A DNA stretch of 64,000 nucleotides from a virus (IMGVR_UViG_3300046642_000423:1031-65030), one strand, 5' to 3'; shown: positions 18,567 to 28,279, numbered from the stretch's first letter. Numbers and translations: made by a program. Notes: generated from the sequence alone by a model not told the origin.

Positions 18567-20267
18567 ATGGGCATTCTAGGCGATCTGTTGATGGAACGTG
18601 TTCGCGCGAATAACCAGCGCCGGAACGCTATTCAGGAAGCTCAGGCGAATGGCCTTATCGCTAACATGAGCAAGTACGGACGTCAGATGCCTGATGGGAC
18701 TGTAGATTATTCTAAGTTGGCACTCGACGATGCCGCACGACAGTCTGCACAGGATCAGATCGATAAGTTGGTAGGCCACAAGGGCAGCGATCCGGTGGCC
18801 AAGGATCAAGGGCGCATTCTGGATGTGTTCCATAAGGTAGTGAACACGCTGCATGGTCATGCAAATACTCTGGGTGGACAGCCAGCGGCAGGTGCGTCCA
18901 CACCACCGCCTCCACCGCCAAGCGGTATTCCTCCAATGCCTTCCAGCACACAGCTTGAGAGTGGCGCGGCGCCGCTTCCGCAGGTAGCGAATACGCAGAT
19001 TCCACCCATGCCGCCACCGACATCGTTCGCAGAGATTATGGGGCAGGGAGGCGCGGGTGAATCATTACCTGCCAAAGCAGCCGAGGAAGTACGTCAGATT
19101 GCTCCCAAGGCTGCTGCAACGACTTCTGCGACTATCACTACACGCAAATCGGAAGCCGACGCGGCAGGATTAGAAGAAGGCACGCCACAACGTCAATATT
19201 ACATGGCAACTGGAAACATGATGCCTGTGTCATCCCTGGGACTTAACAAGACGATGTATGACACGGACACTGGCGAAGAGTTCATTGTGCGTGGGATTGG
19301 TCCGCATGGTGGTCCGACTGATGCCAAAGACATTGAGCATATGAATTATCGGGCTGGCTACTCCGGTGATGTCAGTGAAATTCCCAAGTTGCAATCGCCT
19401 CCAGGTGGTGGTGCTCCCACTGGTGTATCGATCGGTCCAAAGGGATGGGTGGATGGCGATCCTGATATGCCACCGAAGGCTAAAGCTGCGCTCAAGGCTG
19501 GACAGGATTCCTATAAGAGTCATCAACAGGATTTGACTGAGCGTGTTCTTTCATCGGCTCGCGCACGAGCTGAATATCAAGCGAAGTATCGCGTAACTCC
19601 CATTATCGACAAGGACGGAAACGCTACCGTTGCCAGTGCATGGGACATCATCTCTCACCCTGAGAACTACCCCGCCAATTTCAACGAGGGTGACAAGTTG
19701 ATGTTGCGTAGGGGACAGTTTACAGAAATGCACCAAGCCATCGATCAACTTACCAATGCGGTAGAGAATATGCCAGAGGAAGGATTCACCGGAACGCAAC
19801 GCGCTCAGATGATCTTGGCAATGAGGTCCACCGATCCAAAATCTGCCATTGAGTCATGGATCAAATCACAAGCTGCTGGAACTTTATCGCAGGCTCAGCA
19901 GGATTATGCACAGAGTGTGGCTTCTGCGCAGGAATCCATGATGGTATTACGTGGCGTCGGTGGTATGGGAAATGCTACCGATAAGGTTCGCGATGCCATC
20001 GGTGGAATGACTCCTGACTTTCCCATTTCCAAGGAATATGCCAAAGGACAGATTAGCAAGATCAATAAGCAGATGAATACGCTGGAGTCTGCGCAGCCGG
20101 GGATCAAGAAGATTGCACCGAGGATTCCTGCGTTGCCTGCTGCTGGGGGTGGCGCAACGAGTGGCGGCACCGTGAAAATGATGTACAAGGGTAAAGCGTG
20201 GGATGTGCCGAATGATCCTAAGAAGATTCAGGCTGCCAAGGATCGCGGCGCAACGATGGTGCAATAA
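18567..20267 (+). CDS. Putative DNA ejection/internal virion protein
   Basis: Helical with Pro-rich linkers; second of three consecutive ejectosome-like genes. Confidence 0.55.
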   Translation: MGILGDLLMERVRANNQRRNAIQEAQANGLIANMSKYGRQMPDGTVDYSKLALDDAARQSAQDQIDKLVGHKGSDPVAKDQGRILDVFHKVVNTLHGHANTLGGQPAAGASTPPPPPPSGIPPMPSSTQLESGAAPLPQVANTQIPPMPPPTSFAEIMGQGGAGESLPAKAAEEVRQIAPKAAATTSATITTRKSEADAAGLEEGTPQRQYYMATGNMMPVSSLGLNKTMYDTDTGEEFIVRGIGPHGGPTDAKDIEHMNYRAGYSGDVSEIPKLQSPPGGGAPTGVSIGPKGWVDGDPDMPPKAKAALKAGQDSYKSHQQDLTERVLSSARARAEYQAKYRVTPIIDKDGNATVASAWDIISHPENYPANFNEGDKLMLRRGQFTEMHQAIDQLTNAVENMPEEGFTGTQRAQMILAMRSTDPKSAIESWIKSQAAGTLSQAQQDYAQSVASAQESMMVLRGVGGMGNATDKVRDAIGGMTPDFPISKEYAKGQISKINKQMNTLESAQPGIKKIAPRIPALPAAGGGATSGGTVKMMYKGKAWDVPNDPKKIQAAKDRGATMVQ

Positions 20268-21712
20268 TGCCACAAGCTACCACGGATGATCTGTCGGATC
20301 TGGGAGCGAAGCCTTCGGTTAGTGATGATCTTTCGGATCTTGGAGCAGTTGAGTCCGCTGCGTCATCCAAACCTCCCGGCACTCCTGGTGCGTTTCAGGC
20401 TCGTCCAGGTGGTCCTGTACTAAATTCCAATGATCTAGGCACGACGCCTATCCAGTACGACACGATGGGTGCGGCGGTGTCAGGTGCGAAGGCTCGCGCT
20501 GCAATGCCTGACTTTCCATCTCAAGTAAAATCTGCCAAGAATAACGAAGCTGGATTCCTCCCAGGGATTGGCGCGACTGTTGGTGGGACTGTTGGCGGCC
20601 CTGGCGGTGCAGGTATGGGTGCAGCCGCCGGAGTACTCGGAAAGCCTTTCTTGACAGATGAGCCAGCCAATCTAAACGAGGCCGCTACGACTGGATTGGA
20701 ATACGCTGCGGCACAAAAGGGCGGCGATCTGGCTGTGCAAGGGATTGGCAAGGGACTTGGCTGGATGATTGGTCCCAAAATTCAGAGTGCAGTAGAAGGA
20801 ATCTTCCGCGCAGTCCCATCAGAGAATCCCAACTATCGGGATAACGTAGTCGCAGCACTTGGGGATCTTCAAAACATGGTTAAGAGTGGTGCGATTCCTG
20901 AACGTACCAAAGGTGGAATCCTAAATCCTGAGATGTACTTTCGACAGGTCAATGAAGCGATTGACCAGCGCTTGAAGGATATGTTCAATAACGAGTATAT
21001 GGGTCAGATTAACATTGCCAAGAAGGCAGGCGCACAGATTGGTTTGACTGAAAATCCGCAAGTCATGCAGCAAGCGCTTAAGTATATCGCACGAACACAG
21101 ACGGCTGATTCTGGCGCCCGCGCAGCAGCTCTTAAATTAGCGGGAAATCCTACCGCGCAGGTTCCTATTGAGGATGCTGCGGAACTTGCACGAGCAGTCA
21201 ATGCACATCTACGAGAGTTGTCGGCAGCGCGGCCGGAGGCAGCATATGTGTCCGCGCAGAAGTCTGCTACTAAGGCAAGTCTGCAACGACTAGATAGCGC
21301 TCTCAGTGACAGTATAAATGGAAAACTACAATCGCTAGATCAACCAGGTGTTGCCGGATACGAACGTCGTTATGCAGCTCTGTCAGCAATCAATCGGCAA
21401 ATAGAAAGTGGAATGAACTCGCTTGAACGTCAGCGATTAGAGATTCGCCCTCGTGCTGGAGTCAGTTTGAAAGGTAGAGGATGGGCATCTGGAGTAGCCA
21501 ATATATTCAAGGGGAATGCTGGTGCAGACCTTGAAGATGCATTACTCGCACTTAAGAACTCGCCAGATATTCCTACCCCAGTAGCGGGTCCGAGAGTTGT
21601 CCTTCAAGGACAATATGCTGGACAGGCAGGCGCGCCTAGTTCCTCACCTGCAATAGTCAAACAGATTCCACGAACACCTGTATGGGCACAGTTGCCGCCG
21701 CCTAAACCATGA
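20267..21712 (+). CDS. Putative DNA ejection/internal virion protein
   Basis: DDLSDLGA repeated twice at the N-terminus and a glycine-zipper segment GIGATVGGTVGGPGGAGMGAAAG. Confidence 0.55.
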   Translation: MPQATTDDLSDLGAKPSVSDDLSDLGAVESAASSKPPGTPGAFQARPGGPVLNSNDLGTTPIQYDTMGAAVSGAKARAAMPDFPSQVKSAKNNEAGFLPGIGATVGGTVGGPGGAGMGAAAGVLGKPFLTDEPANLNEAATTGLEYAAAQKGGDLAVQGIGKGLGWMIGPKIQSAVEGIFRAVPSENPNYRDNVVAALGDLQNMVKSGAIPERTKGGILNPEMYFRQVNEAIDQRLKDMFNNEYMGQINIAKKAGAQIGLTENPQVMQQALKYIARTQTADSGARAAALKLAGNPTAQVPIEDAAELARAVNAHLRELSAARPEAAYVSAQKSATKASLQRLDSALSDSINGKLQSLDQPGVAGYERRYAALSAINRQIESGMNSLERQRLEIRPRAGVSLKGRGWASGVANIFKGNAGADLEDALLALKNSPDIPTPVAGPRVVLQGQYAGQAGAPSSSPAIVKQIPRTPVWAQLPPPKP

Positions 21713-22704
21713 TCCTCTCCGCGACGGCGCTCACGCACTTTCAAGATTGCCGCCGCCGTCACCTCATCGAATTAGATTGGTATGCCCATCATCATCGTCC
21801 AAAGACGCTATTCGATCGGCTCCTCTCTCGTGCCATCTATAAGCTATCGAATGGCGGAGATCCGGTAGCGGAAGCTGACGAAGCGCGCACGCAGTTCCTT
21901 GAGGCTGCGGCTAACCCCGGCCTCGATCAGCCGTATGGAACGAATACCTATCAGGTAGCGAAGGATTGGTGCGCGATGCTGGAGACGATACCGCGCGCGG
22001 TTGCAACGTTGGTGCTGCTTACGGTCAAGCCGGCGGGAGTGGTCTTTCTGGATGATCTGACCTCGTGGCAGACAACCTCATGGATGGACGATTCAGGCAC
22101 GCTACATCGCTGGATTACCGTGGACAAATGGAATGAGGATGCGCTGGCACGGGAGATGCACGGCTGGCATGCGTTTGGGGATATGGCGGTGCTGCGGGCG
22201 CCGATGATGCTGCATGTCATAGAGATTGGGCAGATGCGCAAGGGTAGGCGTGCAAGCCAGTGGGCCCGGGGCTGGCGGCATCCCAGTGTGGCGAATATCC
22301 ACGGCGTGCATTTCAAGCATAAGGACGGCTCGTCCTATCAAAAGTGGACGCCACTGTATTTGGCTGACGCAGGAGATATCACCCCAGAAGATTGGGTTGA
22401 GGCGATGATCAGAGATAGGGTAATCGATGACGTCGTGCATCATGTGACGGTGAATGCGCCTAGTGATGCCGTGTGTGAGGATACCGTGCGGCAGATGTTG
22501 GCTGAGGCACGGCGCATGCGGGCGATGGAGAGGGAAGGGTACGACTGGACGGAGATACCCATGTCCCGCGGCGCCTGTGACGGACTAGTACCCTGCATCT
22601 GGCAGGATGCTTGTTATGCCGTGGGCGCATCGAAAGTCGTTGATTTAATTACCATTGGCCTGTATACACGTAAGGAGAATGTTGTAGAAGGAGTTAAGGT
22701 TTGA
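21709..22704 (+). CDS. Degenerate PD-(D/E)XK (Cas4/RecB-like) nuclease-fold protein
   Basis: [17 protein letters not shown]-terminus and C-terminal [13 protein letters not shown]; catalytic DxK not evident. Confidence 0.6.
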   Translation: MILSATALTHFQDCRRRHLIELDWYAHHHRPKTLFDRLLSRAIYKLSNGGDPVAEADEARTQFLEAAANPGLDQPYGTNTYQVAKDWCAMLETIPRAVATLVLLTVKPAGVVFLDDLTSWQTTSWMDDSGTLHRWITVDKWNEDALAREMHGWHAFGDMAVLRAPMMLHVIEIGQMRKGRRASQWARGWRHPSVANIHGVHFKHKDGSSYQKWTPLYLADAGDITPEDWVEAMIRDRVIDDVVHHVTVNAPSDAVCEDTVRQMLAEARRMRAMEREGYDWTEIPMSRGACDGLVPCIWQDACYAVGASKVVDLITIGLYTRKENVVEGVKV

Positions 22705-23228
22705 GACGCTCATTTGAGTTGGCAACTCTAGCTCTTATATTAGCTCTTATATATACCCTTCCAGTCTCCGCCCAGCATGCGGTGAATATCGGCTGGACAC
22801 TGGGAGTGCAGCCTAGCGGGATCACCACGACTGGACAGAAGGTGCGCCGAGATGGGGTCGTGCTGGCCACTGTAGCCGCTAACACCGCAGTGTACTCGGA
22901 TCCCAATGTGATTGCTGGCAGCACGTATGTGTATACCGTGGTGGCGGTCACAACGGCCGGGGATAGCATACCTAGCAATGCAGTCAGTGCGACGGTGCCG
23001 AGTGGAACGGTGGGACCGCCTGGGCCTCCAGGGCCACAGGGGCCAGCTGGGCCAACGGGTCCTACCGGCGCTACCGGAGCGACGGGTGCCACGGGAGCAC
23101 AAGGTCCGATCGGTCCGCAAGGTCCTATTGGCGCTACCGGGGCGACTGGTCCTCAAGGTCCGGCTGGAACGATGGTCTGCGTGAAGACTGACGCAACGCA
23201 TTGCAAGATTACGATAACGATCCAGTGA
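22701..23228 (+). CDS. Signal peptide + FN3-like domain + collagen repeats
   Basis: Hydrophobic leader ending PVSA; [27 protein letters not shown]3 motif; (Gly-X-Y)n tract. Confidence 0.8.
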   Translation: MRRSFELATLALILALIYTLPVSAQHAVNIGWTLGVQPSGITTTGQKVRRDGVVLATVAANTAVYSDPNVIAGSTYVYTVVAVTTAGDSIPSNAVSATVPSGTVGPPGPPGPQGPAGPTGPTGATGATGATGAQGPIGPQGPIGATGATGPQGPAGTMVCVKTDATHCKITITIQ

Positions 23229-23280
23229 ACTAAGCGGCAGCCGCCATCCTCGGCTGCTCTCATCTACGTGAACACGGAGG

Positions 23281-23715
23281 ATGGTAATGGATATCAGCAA
23301 TGTGGCGATGACCCAGTTCACGTCGTCTGCGGTCGTTGTATTTCTGATGCAGAAGCTCAAATCCGCCAAGTGGTTTCCTCTCGTAGAACAAGGTCGCGCT
23401 ACCCTCAATCGAGTTGTCAGCATCGTCGCTGCTGCTGCTGTGTCGCTTGGGATCGAGTGGTCTTGGACGAAGGACGCATCTACCGGGACTCATACTCTTA
23501 TCATTATGAACATTGGCATTTGGACTTTGCTGCATGGCGGGTGGCACTGGCTCAACCAGTACGCTTTACAGGAGACGGTGTATCAGGCAACTACGAATAA
23601 GCCGGGAATTGTGTCAGCAGCGATCGCTGGTCCTTCCATTCCCGCGCGGGTCGATGCTTCTGGCAATGTTGTCGTTCCACAAGCTGCCTTGGGTGAATCT
23701 AATAAGGGCGGGTAA
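23281..23715 (+). CDS. Membrane protein, holin candidate
   Basis: Two to three hydrophobic segments; start of the lysis region. Confidence 0.5.
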   Translation: MVMDISNVAMTQFTSSAVVVFLMQKLKSAKWFPLVEQGRATLNRVVSIVAAAAVSLGIEWSWTKDASTGTHTLIIMNIGIWTLLHGGWHWLNQYALQETVYQATTNKPGIVSAAIAGPSIPARVDASGNVVVPQAALGESNKGG

Positions 23716-23755
23716 GCTGGCCCAAATATTGCCCTCAGAATGGTGGCGATGAGCC

Positions 23756-23944
23756 TTGAATCAGAACGCCCTAAAAAGGAACCCGGAGGACGAATTGAAG
23801 GAGATGGAAAGGATACTGGAGGGGAAGAATACCGAAGCGAGCCGTCAGCTATTAGAGCTGTTCCATACGATCTACGACAAGATCACATTTCTCCAGCAAC
23901 GATCAGACTCCAGAATCCTTTCCGAAAAGCCGGGCAGCGATTAG
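23756..23944 (+). CDS. Hypothetical helical protein
   Basis: Natural-looking amphipathic sequence; its TAG overlaps the GTG of the next gene. Confidence 0.5.
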   Translation: MNQNALKRNPEDELKEMERILEGKNTEASRQLLELFHTIYDKITFLQQRSDSRILSEKPGSD

Positions 23945-24219
23945 TGTCCGATCCAACACAGATTCAGGAGCTTTACTGGTTGTCCAGAAGGCTCGATGAA
24001 GTCATTGATCTAGTGGCACAGCTTTCACTCGACGTTGAGGAGATTAAGCGGGATCGCGCAGTGGAGAAGGCAGCCGATACGTTTAAAGAGGAGACGTTGC
24101 AGGGCGGCAAGCGTCGCTGGGAGTGGATTGAGCGTGCCGTGCTGGGCATGGCGCTGGGCGCGGTCGGCTGGATCTTACGTGAGATTATTGGGCCCATTCT
24201 GACGCATCTTAGGAGATAA
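23944..24219 (+). CDS. Coiled-coil protein with C-terminal TM helix (holin-like)
   Basis: GTG at 23944 is coupled to the upstream stop; TM segment AVLGMALGAVGWIL. Confidence 0.55.
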   Translation: MSDPTQIQELYWLSRRLDEVIDLVAQLSLDVEEIKRDRAVEKAADTFKEETLQGGKRRWEWIERAVLGMALGAVGWILREIIGPILTHLRR

Positions 24220-24221
24220 AT

Positions 24222-24371
24222 TTGATCATCTTACTCATCGTTCTGATTCTTCTGATCGGTGGTGGAGGCTTAGGCTATACCAACTGGGGGCCGGGTGGTG
24301 GAGCGGGAGTAGTCGGAACCTTGCTCATCATCATTCTGATTCTTTACCTACTGGGAATGATTAGAGTATAA
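24222..24371 (+). CDS. DUF3309-like small membrane protein (49 aa, not in ORF track)
   Basis: AGGAG SD + TTG; MIILLIVLILLIGGGGLGYTNWGPGGGAGVVGTLLIIILILYLLGMIRV. Confidence 0.7.
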   Translation: MIILLIVLILLIGGGGLGYTNWGPGGGAGVVGTLLIIILILYLLGMIRV

Positions 24372-24380
24372 GGAGAATTC

Positions 24381-24566
24381 ATGTTCGCATTGTTACAGTT
24401 GACTGAACGCACAGGTGGTGGGGCTCCTCTCAATTTGATCTTTCGAGTATTTGCCCTAGTTCTATTTGCTATCGCTGGATTCGGATGGCCTGCTCCAGTA
24501 GAACCATATCGTACCAAGCTAATTGGGTTGGGATTGTTCTTCTTAGTTCTGGCAAGTTTCTTCTAG
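24381..24566 (+). CDS. Small two-TM membrane protein
   Basis: AAGGAG SD; two hydrophobic helices. Confidence 0.65.
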   Translation: MFALLQLTERTGGGAPLNLIFRVFALVLFAIAGFGWPAPVEPYRTKLIGLGLFFLVLASFF

Positions 24567-24570
24567 GAAT

Positions 24571-25023
24571 ATGTTCTTCGATCACAGGTACGAACGTAAG
24601 ATCATTCAGCTACTCGAGGAGGAGGTTCGTCTCCTCAGACATATTGCTCATTGTGTTTGCAAGCATCGCGCAGTCTCGGCCACACTTAAATTCATCGATT
24701 CAAAAGGAGAACCCATGCCGGTCACAGTGCATTTGAACGAAGATCCTGGAGTAGCGGTATTCACTGAATTCAGCCTACCCAATGGACGGGGGATTGTCGT
24801 ACCGCCAGTGGGGAAGGTAACGTATACGTCGGACAATCCAGCGGTGGCGACGGTTGATCCTGCCAGTGGACAGCTAACGTATGTCGCGGCCGGCGTGGCC
24901 AACATTTCCGGCGCGGACGATGGGAACGGCCTGACCGCATCGGATTCGCTGACGGTGAGCGCGGTGACGGCTCAGAGCGCGACACTGGTTATCAACGTAC
25001 CGACACCAACGCCAGTAGTATAA
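24571..25023 (+). CDS. Ig-like (Big_2) domain protein
   Basis: VTYTSDNPAVATVDPASGQLTYVAAGVANIS motif. Confidence 0.75.
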   Translation: MFFDHRYERKIIQLLEEEVRLLRHIAHCVCKHRAVSATLKFIDSKGEPMPVTVHLNEDPGVAVFTEFSLPNGRGIVVPPVGKVTYTSDNPAVATVDPASGQLTYVAAGVANISGADDGNGLTASDSLTVSAVTAQSATLVINVPTPTPVV

Positions 25024-25034
25024 AAGGAGACTCA

Positions 25035-25430
25035 ATGAAGCGTTTATTGATAGCGCCAGTGCTGCTATGTGTGCTGGCGCTTACCGGATGTACCCCAGTT
25101 GAGCGTGATGCCTACGATATCATCGTGACCAGTAAAGCGGCTCTCGTTTCATTCCGCTCGCAGCATCCCGAGTGCATGTTCGATGCCACGAGTGGAATCA
25201 GCAAGGTGGTTACGGCGCAACCCTGTCTAGCGAATAACAAGCTCACCGCTGCCAAGGATACGTTGATTGACGCGACCGAGGTCTACTGTTCCAGTCCTGC
25301 ATTTGAATCAGGAGGCGCATGTACTCCGCCAGCCAAGGGCACGCCCGCGTTACAGCAGGCCACCGATAAACTCAAGGCTGCTATTGCTAATTACAACCAG
25401 ACCGCAGCGGACCTCAAGGGGGTAATTTAA
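25035..25430 (+). CDS. Lipoprotein (o-spanin candidate)
   Basis: Lipobox LALTG-C; in the lysis cassette. Confidence 0.65.
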   Translation: MKRLLIAPVLLCVLALTGCTPVERDAYDIIVTSKAALVSFRSQHPECMFDATSGISKVVTAQPCLANNKLTAAKDTLIDATEVYCSSPAFESGGACTPPAKGTPALQQATDKLKAAIANYNQTAADLKGVI

Positions 25431-25603
25431 TGATTCTCGCTATTGAACTCGCACTCGCCCTTGCTAAACCGCTACTCGCTCAGCTGGTCAAGTCCAAAGC
25501 TCCCCAAGATATTATTGACGCGACCTCTGCGGCGATCGATGCATGGGATAAGCATCGCGCTGACTTGATAACCAAACCCGCACTTGAAGCGCAGCGCGGA
25601 TAG
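25430..25603 (+). CDS. Small hypothetical protein (57 aa, not in ORF track)
   Basis: MILAIELALALAKPLLAQLVKSK...; exactly fills the gap between lipoprotein and endolysin. Confidence 0.6.
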   Translation: MILAIELALALAKPLLAQLVKSKAPQDIIDATSAAIDAWDKHRADLITKPALEAQRG

Positions 25604-26074
25604 ATGGATCCCTTCACAGAAGAACGATTGAAGCTGGTGCATCCGGTCTTAGCCGATCGGGTGCATAAGCTCATCAGTGCGCTAGAGGGAGAAGGATTCA
25701 CGCCGCGCGTCACGCGGGGGCTTGCCAGTGTAGCTGATCAGGATGCGATCTGGCAGAAGGGGAGGGATGCGAACGGTAATAAGATCGGCGTGACGTACAC
25801 CAACGCAAAGGGCGCACAGTCGAATCATGTTCTAGGTTATGCGGTCGATTTCACGTTTCTGGTAGATGGCAAAGCAGATTGGACAAGTAAAGGATTCGAC
25901 AGGCTGGTTGCGCTTGCGCCTTCATTCGGATTACGTAGCGGTGCTAGTTGGAAGGATACGCCACACGTCGAGCTGAGTGAGGTTCCTGCCAAGCCGACCG
26001 ATGAGATGCAGCAAACCTACCGGGACGCCGGCGTGGATGAAGTGTGGAAGCAGTTTCCAATCGACTGGGTATGA
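25604..26074 (+). CDS. Endolysin, peptidase M15 family
   Basis: QSNHVLGYAVDF and DTPHVE zinc-binding motifs. Confidence 0.9.
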   Translation: MDPFTEERLKLVHPVLADRVHKLISALEGEGFTPRVTRGLASVADQDAIWQKGRDANGNKIGVTYTNAKGAQSNHVLGYAVDFTFLVDGKADWTSKGFDRLVALAPSFGLRSGASWKDTPHVELSEVPAKPTDEMQQTYRDAGVDEVWKQFPIDWV

Positions 26075-26090
26075 GCTTCACTCCTGCGGC

Positions 26091-27167
26091 TTAGCCAGAA
26101 CCTTCCCCATCTCTTTGAATCTCTTCACTATACCCACTGGGGGCCGCCACATCTGTGCTTCTTGGAGGAACAGGTGGGCTATAAGTGACACCCCCAATGG
26201 ATTCTTTAAGTAGATCGTCACGCATCAATCTTACCTGGGAAATAACCGCCCCCCTATCAACTTGGTTCGGAACGCAACATATTTGCATGGATTGCAACAT
26301 ATGAATTACGGAATCATATGCCCGCGCCCCGGCATCCTTCTCGCGCTGCGCCAACAGTTCGGTGGAGGAGGGGAGTGCGCGTAGACGATGATGTGCCTTA
26401 TTGAAGAAGTTACAAACTCCGTCGTGATAGCCTTCCTCTTGATCCGCATTGATGCACGTATCTGGTGGAATGGAAAAGTCGGATACTTCCTCTAGTACCC
26501 TACATACCGCCTCCCGCCACGCCGCTTCGCGTAGGGCGAGTTCTGCATCCACTTTCTCCTTAGATGTTGTGTCGGTGCGAGCCTTTACTACGTCAGCCCA
26601 ATTTGTCGGACACATAGATAAATCAGCCGCCTCAGTTTCTAGTGGCTTTAGCGCCGTACTTATTTCCTCCACGGCAGCGCCAAACTCTTTCATCCAACGG
26701 TCGTCGTCCCATTCGTAAGGCCCTCGACTCTCGCCAAGCCAATCACGCCCGTCGAGAACTTTCTTGATTGCGGTTACACCATCGGCAAGAATGCTACGGA
26801 ACTTTTCGAGCGCCAACTCGTACGGCTTCCGTATCTCCGCGTCATGCTGCTCCACTAAGCTGGCGTCGCGAGGAATGGCGTGGATGGCTTGAGCAATCAT
26901 AGAATAATTCGCAATTCTGTATACTGCTTCGCTGTTAATGGCTGGTTCAAGACAGGCAATCTTATCGTTTAATATTTTCTCTGCCGCTCCCAGCGCAATC
27001 CCCACGCGCAGGGCGAGTTCGCGGTCAAAGTCCGATTGGATGATTGGAAGAACAAAGTTTGTTAGTGCTACGGCAGCCTTCCCGTCTTGCCAGAGTTTGA
27101 ATGCTTCTGGTTGGTCTAGCGCATCAAGGATGCGTTCTACCAATGAATCCAGCTTCGGTTCGCTCAT
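26091..27167 (-). CDS. Hypothetical protein (mosaic, helical)
   Basis: 358-aa ORF containing a WLGESRGPYEWDDDRW motif. Confidence 0.6.
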   Translation of the reverse strand: MSEPKLDSLVERILDALDQPEAFKLWQDGKAAVALTNFVLPIIQSDFDRELALRVGIALGAAEKILNDKIACLEPAINSEAVYRIANYSMIAQAIHAIPRDASLVEQHDAEIRKPYELALEKFRSILADGVTAIKKVLDGRDWLGESRGPYEWDDDRWMKEFGAAVEEISTALKPLETEAADLSMCPTNWADVVKARTDTTSKEKVDAELALREAAWREAVCRVLEEVSDFSIPPDTCINADQEEGYHDGVCNFFNKAHHRLRALPSSTELLAQREKDAGARAYDSVIHMLQSMQICCVPNQVDRGAVISQVRLMRDDLLKESIGGVTYSPPVPPRSTDVAAPSGYSEEIQRDGEGSG

Positions 27168-27208
27168 TTTTTCAATCCTCCCGCTTCGCTCTCGTCCTGG
27201 CGTGTCCG

Positions 27209-27427
27209 CTAAGTCAATTTTCCACCAATGAATCTTTTCAATGCTGGCTTAGGTAATTCTGCCCAAGCTAAAACCGTAGCTGTTTCTGGACTATCGTTGT
27301 TAACCCAGTAACCTTTTGCCGAGTTCCAATGACGAATACCGACCCATACGAAGCCATCCTGTTCCAGTGTTACCAGTTTTCTTGAATCGCCACCGTCTGC
27401 TGGTCTGATTCCATATTGCCATTCCAT
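27209..27427 (-). CDS. DUF551-like small protein
   Basis: MEWQ...VLAWAELPKP pattern. Confidence 0.5.
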   Translation of the reverse strand: MEWQYGIRPADGGDSRKLVTLEQDGFVWVGIRHWNSAKGYWVNNDSPETATVLAWAELPKPALKRFIGGKLT

Positions 27428-27430
27428 CCC

Positions 27431-27715
27431 TTACCTCGCTTCGCTCTCTTGGATTTGACGGCAGATGGCCAGTTGGCGTGCGAGTTCGTCGCGCTCGTCT
27501 GTAATCTTCCCAGTCAATGCCAAGAGTTCATCGTTAACTTTTTCTAAATCGCTAAAAGTACTATCCGCCTCAGCCAGCTTCGCGGTGAGTTCTTCGTGGG
27601 AGGCGAGGAGGGTCGTTATATCCGCACCTACGCTGGACGGAACTATTGTGCTTGTGCGGTCTATGTTCAACCGTTCCTTCGCCGCAGCTACCTCGTTAGG
27701 ATTCGTTGGCATCAT
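27431..27715 (-). CDS. Hypothetical coiled-coil protein
   Basis: ORF within a co-directional array; heptad-like pattern. Confidence 0.55.
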   Translation of the reverse strand: MMPTNPNEVAAAKERLNIDRTSTIVPSSVGADITTLLASHEELTAKLAEADSTFSDLEKVNDELLALTGKITDERDELARQLAICRQIQESEAR

Positions 27716-27869
27716 CTTCCTCGCAATTCACGCAAATACAATTATTTCCGGCCACGCAACAATCGAATCCGTAGCCACCACACCGGGGACACTGGTATTC
27801 GTGAGCGTCGTTGGACTTACGTTCGTCGCCACACATGGGACATACAGCTACCTCGGATGGTTCAGTCAT
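27696..27869 (-). CDS. Small Cys-rich zinc-finger protein
   Basis: MTEPSEVAVCPMC...CPRC...CC...CICVNC; GGAG SD. Confidence 0.55.
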   Translation of the reverse strand: MTEPSEVAVCPMCGDERKSNDAHEYQCPRCGGYGFDCCVAGNNCICVNCEEDDANES

Positions 27870-28117
27870 TTCGTCTCCGGGGAAGCTGCGCGCTCTTCCC
27901 AAAAATGTTCTGCATTTAATTTGTCGGCGCAAACGTTAGTCGCGCACTGCAAATTACAAAATGGATTCCCGCAAGAAATGCGCCAATGCATCATAGTTGT
28001 GTTATCTGCTAACCGAGCCTGTTCGATTGCTGCCGTACCGCAAAATGGACAAATCTTCAAATCATTCCGCTGTCGTGTATGTGCCCATTCACTCATGGCC
28101 TACCTCGGATGGTTCAG
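27848..28117. repeat. 18-bp direct repeat CTACCTCGGATGGTTCAG (27848-27865, 28100-28117)
   Basis: Exact copies read from the sequence, bracketing the Lar-like gene. Confidence 0.85.
27866..28096 (-). CDS. Lar-family restriction alleviation-like protein
   Basis: LKICPFCG...ISCGNPFC...AEHFWEER pattern. Confidence 0.6.
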   Translation of the reverse strand: MSEWAHTRQRNDLKICPFCGTAAIEQARLADNTTMMHWRISCGNPFCNLQCATNVCADKLNAEHFWEERAASPETK

Positions 28118-28279
28118 GATTTGGCATCGTCGTCCTCGCGGTCGTTCATGCGCTTTAATTCCTTGTATATGTTGTAAATCCCTATATCGATCATGGCTGC
28201 AAAAATAACGAAGGATATAACGACAAGAACCATGTCCGTTTCCTCCAAATGACTAGCGCACTCAGTCCACCGAGCACGA

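Noticed and set aside
23740-23943. 5' extension of ORF 23740..24219
   Set aside because: It overlaps a more protein-like ORF (23756..23944) whose stop is coupled to GTG 23944.
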